Shown here: piece after piece, positions 35,321 through 45,077 of the stretch
Numbering within the stretch: position 1 is the stretch's first letter
Layout: the number at the start of each line of letters is the position of its first letter
NCBI GenBank assembly: GCA_964291395.2
Contig: OZ219856.1
Coordinates: 288,001-352,000, forward strand
Source of the DNA: Alphaproteobacteria bacterium
Lineage (GTDB): Bacteria > Pseudomonadota > Alphaproteobacteria > UBA2966
DNA: 64,000 nt
Reading direction: 5' to 3'
The notes under the pieces: model-generated
Told to the model about the DNA's origin: nothing
Database searches by the model: none
Seen by the model: the letters and a program-made list of their open reading frames with translations, nothing else
Made by a program: the position numbers and the translations under genes

Positions 35321-35337
35321 CGGAACAAAGTGTTCCG
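35321..35337. promoter_or_regulatory. Palindromic putative operator upstream of the oxygenase operon
   Basis: cggaaca-aag-tgttccg, a perfect 7-bp inverted repeat 33 bp upstream of the ATG at 35287. Confidence 0.45.
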
Positions 35338-35437
35338 CGGCCGCGCCATCGTATCGGCGCATTACATCAACGATAAAATAGTTTAGCGCCAATTCCGCCC
35401 CGTGGGTATCGAGGCGCCTGAAACGCGCTGATCCGCG

Positions 35438-36277
35438 TCAGTCGAAGAACTCCCGCAAGTGGCGCGTTACGGCCCGCGGCTTCTCGAAGGCGATCCAGTG
35501 CCAGGCCTTGGAGAAATAGAAGACTTCCATGGTGTCGATCCATGGCGCCGCGATGTCGTTGACCACCGGGTCGAGCGCGACGTCCCGTTGACCCCAGAGC
35601 ACGCGGACGGGACAGGTGATGCGGCCGGGTGTCACATGACGGCGCCGGGGAATCTCCTTCACGATCTCGCGGTAGTAGTTGATCGCCGCGGTGGCGGCCC
35701 CCGGCTTCTCGAAGGCTTCGCGGTACACCGCCACGTCTTCCGGCGGCATCACGCGGGCGAGACGTATGGTGCCGTCGCGGAACTGCGCCTTGTAGTTCTC
35801 CTCGGGAAAGTCCGGCAGCAGATTGAGGAATACGTACCAGCTCTTGCGCTGTTGTTCGGCGTGGGTCAGCCAGGCCCGGATCCAGGCGTCCGGATGGGGT
35901 GCGTTGAGGATGGCGAGTTTCTTGACCCGATCCGGCCAGTCCATGGCCAGTTGATAGGCCACTATGCCGCCCCAGTCGTGTCCGGCGACATAGGCCGGAC
36001 CGCCGAGACGGTCGATGAGGTCCCGCATGTCGGTGGCCAGGGTGGCGGTGTCATAGCCGGTGGACGGCTTTTCCGATTCGTTGAAGCCCCGCATGTCCAC
36101 GGCGACGATTCTGAACTGCCGAGACAACGGGCCGATCTGCTTTCGCCACGACCACCAGAACTCGGGAAAGCCGTGCATGAGGAGCACGAGAGGGCCGTCC
36201 CCCTGCTCCACCCAGTGGAGCTCGACGCCGTTCACGCGCGCTCTTTGATGCGAGACCCCGTCCAATGTGACCATCAC
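35438..36277 (-). CDS. Epoxide hydrolase-like alpha/beta hydrolase
   Basis: HGFPE, DMRGFNES, GHDWGG, SWY, INYYR, HW. Confidence 0.9.
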   Translation of the reverse strand: MMVTLDGVSHQRARVNGVELHWVEQGDGPLVLLMHGFPEFWWSWRKQIGPLSRQFRIVAVDMRGFNESEKPSTGYDTATLATDMRDLIDRLGGPAYVAGHDWGGIVAYQLAMDWPDRVKKLAILNAPHPDAWIRAWLTHAEQQRKSWYVFLNLLPDFPEENYKAQFRDGTIRLARVMPPEDVAVYREAFEKPGAATAAINYYREIVKEIPRRRHVTPGRITCPVRVLWGQRDVALDPVVNDIAAPWIDTMEVFYFSKAWHWIAFEKPRAVTRHLREFFD

Positions 36278-36298
36278 GATGAATCGTCCCGGCGGTCG

Positions 36299-37396
36299 TT
36301 AGCGATATTCGACGGGCGGCGCGTGGTAGTAGGCATCCACGACGGTGCGCGCCAGAGTGACGTTGTCCGGGTTCGCACTTTCGAGCAACCCGCGGTCCAT
36401 CAGGTCCTCCGTCAGGCGCCCGGTAATGAACTCGATCGTCAGATCGTTGGAGCGGTCGGACCAGGTCTGCCGCTCCGTCTCGTCGCGGAAACAGTAAGCC
36501 TTCCAAGAAACGGAAAATCGTACCTCGTCCCAGCCGTATGTCCCGACGACCGCGCCGTCGGAACCGACCACGCGCCACTTGCGATCATCGCCGAACCGCA
36601 GGACCTGGCCGCGTTCGAGAGGCGCCGGCAGACCGTCAGGGTCGTATATCGGCCGGACCTCGTGATAGATGCTGTCGGTATCCATGAGCAGTGCGGTGTT
36701 GGGCCGTTGCGGCGCGGTTACGGGCGCGCCTCCGGGTCCGTCCGGGTAGAACCGGAATTCCCCTCCCTCACAGACATTGAAGAAATTGACCGCCGTGGCG
36801 ATCGGCAGGCGCCATTCGTCGAACAGCCGTGAATGGTGCATACAGATGAGCAGCCATTGCGGTATCGTGCTCCGGTTCACGCCGCGGAATTCCGTAATGT
36901 CGGTATGCGGGCCAAGCCATTGACCGGCGACGTATAGATTTGCGAGCACGGCGACCGGCACGATCACGGGCCGATCGAGGAGGTTCCGGGCGCCGGCAAT
37001 GAACGCTTCGTGGTAAAGCAGGGGGTCGGCTTCGGGATAGCGAGACTCTTCGCGCGCGACGAAAGCGAGGTCAGCATAGGTTTCCCGGAATTGACAGGTG
37101 AACGCCCGCTCGAAGTCGAGCCAATCCACGTGCGTCGGATCATAGGGCTTGTCGTTCTCGTTCCCGCGCTGACGGGCGAGATCGTAAAAACACTCGAACC
37201 GTTCGGGCAGACCGGCGCCGATCTCGGTCGACGACATTTCGGCACTGGCCATGCGGTACGTGCCGACCCGCTCGCACAGGGCCATGATCGCATGTAGGTC
37301 GCGTTCGCCGAGAACGGGCTCGACGAGGCGATAGGTCCCGTTCCCCGCGATTGATTCGTCCCGCGGATCGTGAGTCGCTTCTGCTTGCGCCGACAC
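36299..37396 (-). CDS. Hypothetical protein with 2OG-Fe(II) oxygenase-like motifs
   Basis: HTD, GGEF, YHEV and RFS occur in the order expected for HxD...H...RxS. Confidence 0.65.
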   Translation of the reverse strand: MSAQAEATHDPRDESIAGNGTYRLVEPVLGERDLHAIMALCERVGTYRMASAEMSSTEIGAGLPERFECFYDLARQRGNENDKPYDPTHVDWLDFERAFTCQFRETYADLAFVAREESRYPEADPLLYHEAFIAGARNLLDRPVIVPVAVLANLYVAGQWLGPHTDITEFRGVNRSTIPQWLLICMHHSRLFDEWRLPIATAVNFFNVCEGGEFRFYPDGPGGAPVTAPQRPNTALLMDTDSIYHEVRPIYDPDGLPAPLERGQVLRFGDDRKWRVVGSDGAVVGTYGWDEVRFSVSWKAYCFRDETERQTWSDRSNDLTIEFITGRLTEDLMDRGLLESANPDNVTLARTVVDAYYHAPPVEYR

Positions 37397-37402
37397 CGCG
37401 TC

Positions 37403-37741
37403 TCAGCCCCCTTCGCCGCCGAGATCGGGCATCCATGGAAACGGTCTCTCGCGGTGCTGGTACAGCAGATCCTCCGCGAGGAGCTTGATCCTCGGCGATG
37501 CCCGTTTCATCGCATCTTGAACGAACTTGGCTTCGTTGGGCAACAGGCCGGGCTTTTCCGCGGCCAACGCCAACATGCGGATCGCCGTCAGCATGGTCGC
37601 GCCGGCCTCGGCACGCTCGCTGTGACCCCGGCGCAGAGTGAAGCAAAACCAGCGGGCCATCAGGGGCAGTTCCGGGCGTCCGCACGTGTCAACCTGTTCG
37701 AACAGGCGTTCGAAATCGGCGATCAGATCTTCATTGGCCAT
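37403..37741 (-). CDS. Hypothetical protein (112 aa)
   Basis: SD-like agagagga before the ATG, protein-like composition, 6-bp gap to the next gene. Confidence 0.65.
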   Translation of the reverse strand: MANEDLIADFERLFEQVDTCGRPELPLMARWFCFTLRRGHSERAEAGATMLTAIRMLALAAEKPGLLPNEAKFVQDAMKRASPRIKLLAEDLLYQHRERPFPWMPDLGGEGG

Positions 37742-37869
37742 GGCGTCCTCTCTTTGTCGCCGCCGCAGCCCGAGTGTAGCATCACGCCGCACCGGCGGGG
37801 GACGGGATCCCGTTATCTGAATCCGGCGGGTGTGGTGGTCTCGACCCGATACGGACGCCGCGGAAGGAG

Positions 37870-38853
37870 ATGCCCGGAATGCCGGCGGCGGAACGGAACG
37901 GCGATGCGAGGGAACTTCCCGCCACTTTTTTCTGGGGTGCCGCGATCATCGTGATCTCCGAAATCCTGCTCGCCTTGGACGTCGCGTTCCGGGGCGGCGC
38001 CGTCGCGCCTTATGAGGCCATTCCGTCACCCGACGGCGTACTGCCGTCGATTGCCCGTGGCGCGGCCGTATTCCTGACCCCATTGTGCTGGACCGGACTG
38101 CTGTTTCTGCTCGACGGGTTGCTCCATCGGTACATGCGCCAGGGTACTTCGCCGATCCGAAACAGGCCGTGGCGGTTCGCCGCGATCTATATGGTCAGCA
38201 TTCCGGTCTGGCTGGTCTTCGATTGGGTGAACTTCCGATACATCGGCGCTTGGCGGTATCACGGTCTCCCGGAAGACCTCTTCATTCGGTACGCGGGGTA
38301 CTTCCTGGCGTTCGGTGCCATCTGTCCGGGCATGTTCCTGATTGCCGACATCGTTCAACGGACGCGGGTGGCCCGCCTGCGCGGCCCGGCTCTCGCTCCC
38401 AACGCTTCCGTCCGTGTCATTCTGATCGCGGCCGGCGGCGCGATGGCGCTATATCCGTTTCTCGTGCGTGATCCCGTCGGCAGCCTGACCTTGTGGCTGG
38501 GTTGGTTCTTTCTGCTCGATCCCATCAACGAGCGAGTCGGCGCGCCGAGCATCTTTGGAGACTGGCGCCAGGGGAGGTATGGACGCACTGTCTCGCTGAT
38601 GGCCGCGGGCGCTATCTGCGGCCTGTTGTGGGAGTTCTGGAATTACTGGGCCGTCACGAAATGGACCTACAACTTGCCGTTCCTCGGTCCGTTGGAGGAG
38701 ATCTCGTACTTCGAGATGCCGGCATTGGGCTTCCTCGGATTCTTGCCGTTCGCCTTGGAGTGCTGGGCAATGGTTCAAACGATCCTGTGGCTGGCCCGGA
38801 GTCTCGGTCTCCGGCGTATCGAACCGTTGCCGTCGGCGGACGCGATCACCTGA
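37870..38853 (+). CDS. Integral membrane protein of unknown function
   Basis: About 9 hydrophobic segments; WEFWNYWA...KWTY, FEMP.LGFLGF; SD aaggag. Confidence 0.8.
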   Translation: MPGMPAAERNGDARELPATFFWGAAIIVISEILLALDVAFRGGAVAPYEAIPSPDGVLPSIARGAAVFLTPLCWTGLLFLLDGLLHRYMRQGTSPIRNRPWRFAAIYMVSIPVWLVFDWVNFRYIGAWRYHGLPEDLFIRYAGYFLAFGAICPGMFLIADIVQRTRVARLRGPALAPNASVRVILIAAGGAMALYPFLVRDPVGSLTLWLGWFFLLDPINERVGAPSIFGDWRQGRYGRTVSLMAAGAICGLLWEFWNYWAVTKWTYNLPFLGPLEEISYFEMPALGFLGFLPFALECWAMVQTILWLARSLGLRRIEPLPSADAIT

Positions 38854-38931
38854 ATCCGGAAACGCTCGGCGCCATGCCCGGCCGTGCTATGCTGGCTCTG
38901 CCCTCTAAGACCACTCGGAATGGGACAGGCG

Positions 38932-39078
38932 ATGCGGGCGCTCATCGGCCGGCTGCTTTGTCTGATTGGTATTCACGACTATCAAGTGATCGACACCACG
39001 TTCGGATTCGGTCCGAACAGCAGCGTGTCGCGCGTGGAATGTCGGCGCTGCGGACGCATGAACATACGCCAGGCATGA
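38932..39078 (+). CDS. Small putative Zn-binding protein (DUF1660-like, 48 aa)
   Basis: RLLCLIGIHDY...ECRRCG pattern. Confidence 0.65.
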   Translation: MRALIGRLLCLIGIHDYQVIDTTFGFGPNSSVSRVECRRCGRMNIRQA

Positions 39079-39257
39079 CAGGAGGCGATAAACTGGCAGG
39101 GGGGCGGTCACGGCCGAAGCGCCGGCAAGAAAGCACGCCACGCTTTGCAAGGTGACCTCTTGCAGAGGGTTGCCCTCGCACGCCCTCAATGCTTGTAGTT
39201 CGTTTCCTTTGGGCGTGTCATGCCAAGTAGTGGATTCAACAGCTGTTTTAGGGGGCG

Positions 39258-40772
39258 ATGATGTCATCCGCAGACGTACGCGCGAAATTAAACCATCCGG
39301 TGGTCGATGCCGACGGCCACATGTTGGAATTCACCCCGCTCTTTCTGGATCATCTCGACGTGGTCGGCGGTCCCGATATTGTCGAGAGGTTCATCGCCCG
39401 GTCGAAGCAAAACAGGGAGGCAATGTGGTATGCGCTGACGCCCGAGCAACGGGCGGAATACCGCCTTGCGCGTCCGCCGTGGTGGGCGGTCGCGGCGCGC
39501 AATACCCTGGATCGGGCGACGTCGATGCTGCCGAACCTGCTCAAGGACCGGCTCGATGAGTTCGGGTTCGACTATTGCATCTCGTACCCGACGCTCGGAT
39601 TCTTTCTGTTCGACGAGCCGGACGACGAACTGCGCCAGGCAACCTGCCGGGCCCAGAACAACATGGTGGCCGACATCTTCTCGGGCGTGAAGGATCGCAT
39701 CACCCCGGCGGCGACGGTGCCCTCGTTCACTCCCGAAGAGGCGATCTCCGAACTCGAGCACGTGGTGCACGAGTTGGGACTGAAGGCGGTCATGCTTTCC
39801 AATCTCGTGCGTCGCGTCATTCCCAGGGCGGCCGGCCGGGAATCGCAGGGCGAGCAGGCCGAGTGGATCGACCCGCTGGCGCTCGACTCGCTCTACGACT
39901 ACGACCCCGTCTGGGCCAAGTGCATGGAGCTTGGCGTCGCTCCCACTGCGCACTCCTTCATGCAGGGGCACGGCTGGCGGCGGTCGCATTCCTGCTATGC
40001 CTACAACCAGACGGGTCACTTCGCCGATGCCGGCGAGGCGTTCTCCAAGGCCCTGTTCTTCGGCGGCGTCACCCGGCGGTTCCCGAATCTCAATTTCGGA
40101 GTGCTCGAGGGCGGCGTGGGCTACGGGATCACGGTCTTCTCGACGCTGCTTGAGGTGTGGCACAAGCGTGGCGCCCCGGGGATCGCCGATCTCGATCCGT
40201 CGTCCCTCGATTACGACCTGCTGCGCGATCTTTTCTCGCGGTATGGCGGGGAGCGGTTCGCCCGTCGCCTCGGGGAAGATGAGCGGATCGGATACTCCAT
40301 CCTGCGTTCGGACCGCGTGGTCCGTGAGGCCGACAAGAAACTCCTGGACGAGTATGCACCCGCAGGGATTACGAGCGATGAGGACGTTCGCGCCCGTTTC
40401 GTCGATCGTATCTGGTTCGGATGCGAGGCCGACGACGTCATGGCGCCGATGGCACTCAGCGGTCGGGGCGTGCCCTTGGGCGCAAAGGTGAAGGCGACCT
40501 TCGGATCCGACATCGGCCACTGGGACGTCAAGGTCATGAACCACGTCCTCGAAGAGGCCTATGAGATGGTCGAGGATGGGCTCGCGACCGAGGAGGAATT
40601 CCGCGATTTCACGTTCACCAATCCCGTTACCCTGCATGCCGGCATGAACCCGGATTTCTTCAAGGGGACCGTCGTCGAGGACGACGTCGACAAGCTGCTG
40701 GAGGAACTGGGCATGCCCACGTCGCAGAGTCGGCGCCATTTGATGCATCAGGCGCCGACCGTCGAGCCATAG
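39258..40772 (+). CDS. Amidohydrolase_2 family protein
   Basis: VVDADGH, YDPVWAKC, RRFPNLNFGVLEGG, FGCEADD, FGSDIGHWD. Confidence 0.88.
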   Translation: MMSSADVRAKLNHPVVDADGHMLEFTPLFLDHLDVVGGPDIVERFIARSKQNREAMWYALTPEQRAEYRLARPPWWAVAARNTLDRATSMLPNLLKDRLDEFGFDYCISYPTLGFFLFDEPDDELRQATCRAQNNMVADIFSGVKDRITPAATVPSFTPEEAISELEHVVHELGLKAVMLSNLVRRVIPRAAGRESQGEQAEWIDPLALDSLYDYDPVWAKCMELGVAPTAHSFMQGHGWRRSHSCYAYNQTGHFADAGEAFSKALFFGGVTRRFPNLNFGVLEGGVGYGITVFSTLLEVWHKRGAPGIADLDPSSLDYDLLRDLFSRYGGERFARRLGEDERIGYSILRSDRVVREADKKLLDEYAPAGITSDEDVRARFVDRIWFGCEADDVMAPMALSGRGVPLGAKVKATFGSDIGHWDVKVMNHVLEEAYEMVEDGLATEEEFRDFTFTNPVTLHAGMNPDFFKGTVVEDDVDKLLEELGMPTSQSRRHLMHQAPTVEP

Positions 40773-40800
40773 AACGCCGGTACGGGCGGCGCGGCTTCGC

Positions 40801-40818
40801 GTCCCCGCCGACGGGGAC
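40801..40818. terminator. Hairpin at the tRNA 3' end
   Basis: gtccccg-ccga-cggggac between the convergent amidohydrolase and tRNA genes. Confidence 0.5.
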
Positions 40819-40819
40819 A

Positions 40820-40894
40820 TGGTGGGCGCACCTGGGATTGAACCAGGGACCTTCCGCATGTGAAACGGACGCTCTACCGCTGAGCTATGCGCCC
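40820..40894 (-). tRNA. tRNA-Val(CAC)
   Basis: Reverse complement gggcgcatagctcagcggtagagcgtccgtttcacatgcggaaggtccctggttcaatcccaggtgcgcccacca folds as a cloverleaf with anticodon CAC, a GTTCAAT T-loop and encoded CCA. Confidence 0.96.
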
Positions 40895-40919
40895 TCTGGT
40901 GCCGCGGCATCTCTGCGCC

Positions 40920-40948
40920 CTATTATGCAGGGTGCCGGGGACTGTCAA
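40920..40948 (-). promoter_or_regulatory. Sigma70-type promoter of tRNA-Val
   Basis: TTGACA (40948-40943), 17-bp spacer, TAATAG (40925-40920). Confidence 0.6.
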
Positions 40949-41030
40949 GGATCGCGACGGAAGCCGGTCGCCGGTCGTCGACCCGTAAGGCGGCCCGCGA
41001 TCTTGCCCACGGCTCCCCGGTTTGTGAAAG

Positions 41031-41738
41031 TCACCTCGGCCAGTTCATCCCGTCAGCCCGCGACGGTTGCGTGAGCCGGGCGAGCGTCTCGGGCAGGTCG
41101 GACAGTGTGTCGATGATGGCATCCGCGCCGAGTTCGCTCGCCGGGACCAGCGTGTAGCCGTAGCTCACCGCCACGACCGCGACGTCGGCGGCGCGGGCGG
41201 CATCGATGTCGGCCTGGCTGTCCCCGATCATGACCGCTTCGTCCGCCCGCGCATTCATTCGTTCCAGCGTCGTCAGCAGGTGTTCTGCGCCGGGTTTCTT
41301 CACGGCCACGCTGTCGCCGCCGAGGATCGCGTCGAAGTACTTGGTGAGATCGAGTTCCGACAGCAGTCTCTCGGAAAGGGCGGTCGGTTTGTTGGTGCAG
41401 ACCCCCAGCGCGACGCCGGCCGCCGCGAGGTGGTCCAGCACGTCGGTCGCGGCCGGAAATGGGACGCTCCGGTCCGTCAAATGTGCGGCGTAGTAGCGGA
41501 AGGCGCCCTCGAACATGGCCTCGATGTCCGCGTCATCGGGAATTCCGCCCGTTGCGGTCAGGGCACGTTCGATCAGTTTCCGTAGGCCTTGTCCGACCAT
41601 GGAGCGGACGTCGGCCACCCTGACCGGGCCCCGGTCGACACGCGGCAGGACATGATTCAGCGCCGCCGTCAGATCGGGTGCCGTGTCGACGAGCGTTCCG
41701 TCGAGGTCGAACACGACGGCGCGGGGCAGCGAACTCAT
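41031..41738 (-). CDS. gph: Phosphoglycolate phosphatase (HAD family)
   Basis: FDLDGTLVDT, CTNKP, KKP, MIGDSQAD; divergent from glmU. Confidence 0.88.
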   Translation of the reverse strand: MSSLPRAVVFDLDGTLVDTAPDLTAALNHVLPRVDRGPVRVADVRSMVGQGLRKLIERALTATGGIPDDADIEAMFEGAFRYYAAHLTDRSVPFPAATDVLDHLAAAGVALGVCTNKPTALSERLLSELDLTKYFDAILGGDSVAVKKPGAEHLLTTLERMNARADEAVMIGDSQADIDAARAADVAVVAVSYGYTLVPASELGADAIIDTLSDLPETLARLTQPSRADGMNWPR

Positions 41739-41873
41739 TGAAAAAACTCGTAAGAAATCGTGACTTGGGCTATGAGGAGGCTTGTGGCAAGGTCCGGCAC
41801 CGAAAAACCGGTCGGACAGCGTTTTAGACGCCTTGTCGGTGTGACCCAAGAAAAAACGTGAATCCACGCGCGT

Positions 41874-43250
41874 ATGACTGATTCCGACGTGGCCGTCGTC
41901 GTCCTTGCAGCCGGCAAGGGCACGCGAATGGACTCCGGCATCCCGAAGGCGCTTCATGGCGTCGCCGGGCAACCCATGCTCTCGCACGTGCTCCGTGCCG
42001 CGTCAGCCATCGAACCCCGGCGGATGATCGTGGTCGTGGGTCACGGGATGGAGGACGTGGGCCGAGTGGTCGACGGTGCCACGACCGTCGTCCAGGAACC
42101 CCAGCTGGGCACCGCTCATGCGGTGTTGCAGGCACGGCCGGAACTCGAGGGATTCGTGGGCGACGTGCTGGTGCTGTTCGCGGACAGTCCGTTGATTACG
42201 TCGGCCACGATGCGACGACTCGTCGATGCGCGCCGGAACGCGGCGGACCCCGCCGTCGTCGTCCTGGGATTCCGGCCCGGGGATGCGGCGGCGTACGGCA
42301 GGCTCGTGACGAACGGGAATGGCGCGTTGGAGGCCATAGTCGAGGCTCGCGACGCCGATGACGCGCAGCGGAAGATCGGGCTCTGCAACGGCGGTGTCAT
42401 GGCGGTCGATGGCGCCGTCCTGTTCGAGTTCCTCTCGGAAGTCGGGAACGACAATGCCAAGCGGGAATACTACCTGACCGATCTGGTGGAGATCGCCCGC
42501 GCTCACGGACGCGACTGCGCGGTCGTCGAGTGCCCCGAGGAAGAGACCCGCGGCGTCAATTCGCGGACCGATTTGGCAGCCGTCGAGGCCATCCTGCAGC
42601 GGCGTTTGCGCACGGCGGCGATGACGGCCGGCGTCACGATGGTCGACCCCGATACCGTGTACTTGAGCGCGGATACGACGTTCGGGCGCGACGTCGTGGT
42701 GGAACCGCACGTGTTCTTCGGCCCTGGCGTCACCGTCGGCGACGGGGTTCGAATCAGGGCGTTCAGCCATATCGAAGGCGCGACGGTCGCGGCCGGCGCC
42801 GATATCGGTCCCTATGCCCGGCTGCGGCCGGGCGCCGATATCGGTGAGTCGGCACGCATCGGCAACTTCGTCGAGGTCAAGGCCGCCGTGGTGGAGACGG
42901 GGGCCAAGGTGAACCATCTGACCTACATCGGGGATGCCCGCGTGGGCGAAGGCGCGAATGTCGGCGCCGGCACGATCACCTGCAATTACGACGGGGTCGG
43001 GAAGCACAGGACGGATATCGGCGCCGGAACCTTCATCGGCTCCAACAGCGCGCTGATCGCGCCCGTAAAAATCGGTGACGGGGCCATCGTCGGCGCCGGA
43101 AGCACGGTGAGCCGCGATGTTCCTGCCGGCGCCCTCGCCGTCACCCGCGCCGAGCAGTCGGAGAAACCCGGCTGGGCGGCGAAGTTCTTCGGCCGCGTCG
43201 AAGGGCGGTCGACGTCGGCGAAATCCGCAAAGCGATCGAGCAAGGCCTGA
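41874..43250 (+). CDS. glmU: Bifunctional UDP-GlcNAc pyrophosphorylase / GlcN-1-P acetyltransferase
   Basis: LAAGKGTRM, QLGTAHA, EYYLTD, GNFVEVK, HLTYIGD, ITCNYDG. Confidence 0.97.
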   Translation: MTDSDVAVVVLAAGKGTRMDSGIPKALHGVAGQPMLSHVLRAASAIEPRRMIVVVGHGMEDVGRVVDGATTVVQEPQLGTAHAVLQARPELEGFVGDVLVLFADSPLITSATMRRLVDARRNAADPAVVVLGFRPGDAAAYGRLVTNGNGALEAIVEARDADDAQRKIGLCNGGVMAVDGAVLFEFLSEVGNDNAKREYYLTDLVEIARAHGRDCAVVECPEEETRGVNSRTDLAAVEAILQRRLRTAAMTAGVTMVDPDTVYLSADTTFGRDVVVEPHVFFGPGVTVGDGVRIRAFSHIEGATVAAGADIGPYARLRPGADIGESARIGNFVEVKAAVVETGAKVNHLTYIGDARVGEGANVGAGTITCNYDGVGKHRTDIGAGTFIGSNSALIAPVKIGDGAIVGAGSTVSRDVPAGALAVTRAEQSEKPGWAAKFFGRVEGRSTSAKSAKRSSKA

Positions 43251-43253
43251 ACG

Positions 43254-45077
43254 GTGTGCGGCATAGTCGGTGCCGTCGGGCGGGAACCGGCAGCTCCCGT
43301 TCTCATGGAAGGCCTGAGACGGCTCGAATACCGGGGATACGACTCGGCCGGTGTGGCCACCTTGGTCAACGGCAGCATCGACCGGCGGCGGGCCGAGGGA
43401 AAGCTTTCGAATCTCCAGGCGCTGCTCGACCAAGCGCCGCTTCCCGGAGACATCGGCGTCGGCCACACCCGCTGGGCGACCCACGGCGTGCCGAACGAAA
43501 CCAACGCCCATCCGCATGTCACCGGAAAGGTGGCCCTCGTCCACAACGGGATCATTGAAAACTACCGGGAACTCCGCGACGAGCTGATCCCGCTGGGCTA
43601 CGGGTTCGAGACGGAGACCGATACGGAAGCCGTTGCCCAGCTCATCACCCGCTACATGGACGTCGGCGACTCTCCGGTCGAGGCGACGGCCAAGGCGCTG
43701 CCGCGTCTCCAAGGCGCCTTCGCCTTGGCGGTCATCTTCGCCGGCGAGCACGACCTGATGATCGGCGCCCGCCGGGGCAGCCCGCTCGTGGTGGGTTGGG
43801 GCGAGGGCGCCATGTATCTCGGATCGGACGCGCTGGCGCTTGCGTCCCTGACGGACAGGGTGAGCTACCTGGACGAGGGGGATTGGGTGATCCTGAGCCA
43901 TGCCGGTGCCAGCGTCCGCAACGCGGACGGGGACCCGGTCGAGCCCGATATCAAATTGACCGCCCTGACGGGCGCGCTGGTGGGCAAGGGAAACCATCGG
44001 CATTTCATGTTGAAGGAAATCTACGAACAGCCGACCGCCATCGGGGACACGCTCAATACCTACTTCAATCCGGCAAACCGGACCATTCAGTTGCCGGCAT
44101 TGCCGTTCGATCTCGCGGACATCCGCAAGGTGACCATCGTCGCGTGCGGAACGTCCTATCTCGCCGGCATGGTGGCCAAGTACTGGTTCGAACGCGTGGC
44201 CAGGGTCGACGTCGAGATCGATACCGCCTCCGAGTTCCGCTACCGCGGCGCGATCATGCCGGAGAACGGGCTCGCCGTGTTCGTCTCGCAGTCGGGCGAA
44301 ACCGCAGACACGCTCGCCGCCCTGCGCTATGCCCGTGAACAGGCCAATCACACGCTGGCCGTCGTCAATGTCGCCGAGAGCACCATGGGGCGCGAGGCCG
44401 ACGCGCTCTTGCCGACCCACGCAGGGCCGGAGATCGGCGTTGCCGCCACCAAGACGTTCACCTGCCAACTGGTCGCCTTGGCGTGTCTGGTCATCGCCTC
44501 GGCCCGGGCACGCGGCGTGATCGATCACGGAGCCGAGGCGCGTCTCTCTACGGCGATCGCGGAGGTGCCGGCGCGCGCGGCCGAGGTCCTGAATCACGAC
44601 GAGAAGCTGCGGGATCTTGCCCACGAACTCGCCGAAGCGCGGGATATCCTCTACATCGGCCGGGCCGCGGCGTTCCCGATCGCGCTCGAGGGAGCGCTCA
44701 AGCTCAAGGAGATCTCCTACATCCACGCCGAAGGGTTCGCGGCGGGCGAACTCAAGCACGGCCCCATCGCTCTGGTCGACGAAGACGTGCCGGTCATCGT
44801 CATCGCTCCCTCCGACGACGTGTTCGAGAAAACTGCCTCCAACATGGAGGAAGTCATCGCTCGCGGCGCTCGCGTCGTCTTTCTCAGCGACCAGGCGGGC
44901 ATCGACCGTCTCGGTGACATGGCGGCGGCGACCATTCAGTTGCCGGCTGTCGATCCCGTCGTCGCACCGATCCTCTACGCCATCCCCGTGCAGTTGTTGG
45001 CCTACCACGTGGCCGTCATCAAGGGTACCGACGTCGATCAGCCGCGAAACCTCGCCAAGTCGGTGACGGTGGAGTAA
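43254..45077 (+). CDS. glmS: Glutamine-fructose-6-phosphate aminotransferase
   Basis: MCGIVG, LEYRGYDSAG, GHTRWATHG, SQSGETADT, PRNLAKSVTVE. Confidence 0.98.
   Translation: MCGIVGAVGREPAAPVLMEGLRRLEYRGYDSAGVATLVNGSIDRRRAEGKLSNLQALLDQAPLPGDIGVGHTRWATHGVPNETNAHPHVTGKVALVHNGIIENYRELRDELIPLGYGFETETDTEAVAQLITRYMDVGDSPVEATAKALPRLQGAFALAVIFAGEHDLMIGARRGSPLVVGWGEGAMYLGSDALALASLTDRVSYLDEGDWVILSHAGASVRNADGDPVEPDIKLTALTGALVGKGNHRHFMLKEIYEQPTAIGDTLNTYFNPANRTIQLPALPFDLADIRKVTIVACGTSYLAGMVAKYWFERVARVDVEIDTASEFRYRGAIMPENGLAVFVSQSGETADTLAALRYAREQANHTLAVVNVAESTMGREADALLPTHAGPEIGVAATKTFTCQLVALACLVIASARARGVIDHGAEARLSTAIAEVPARAAEVLNHDEKLRDLAHELAEARDILYIGRAAAFPIALEGALKLKEISYIHAEGFAAGELKHGPIALVDEDVPVIVIAPSDDVFEKTASNMEEVIARGARVVFLSDQAGIDRLGDMAAATIQLPAVDPVVAPILYAIPVQLLAYHVAVIKGTDVDQPRNLAKSVTVE

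Noticed and set aside
39121-39150. Possible sigma54 promoter (TGGCGT...TTGC on the minus strand)
   Set aside because: Spacing is one base off the strict -24/-12 consensus and no gene is suitably placed downstream.
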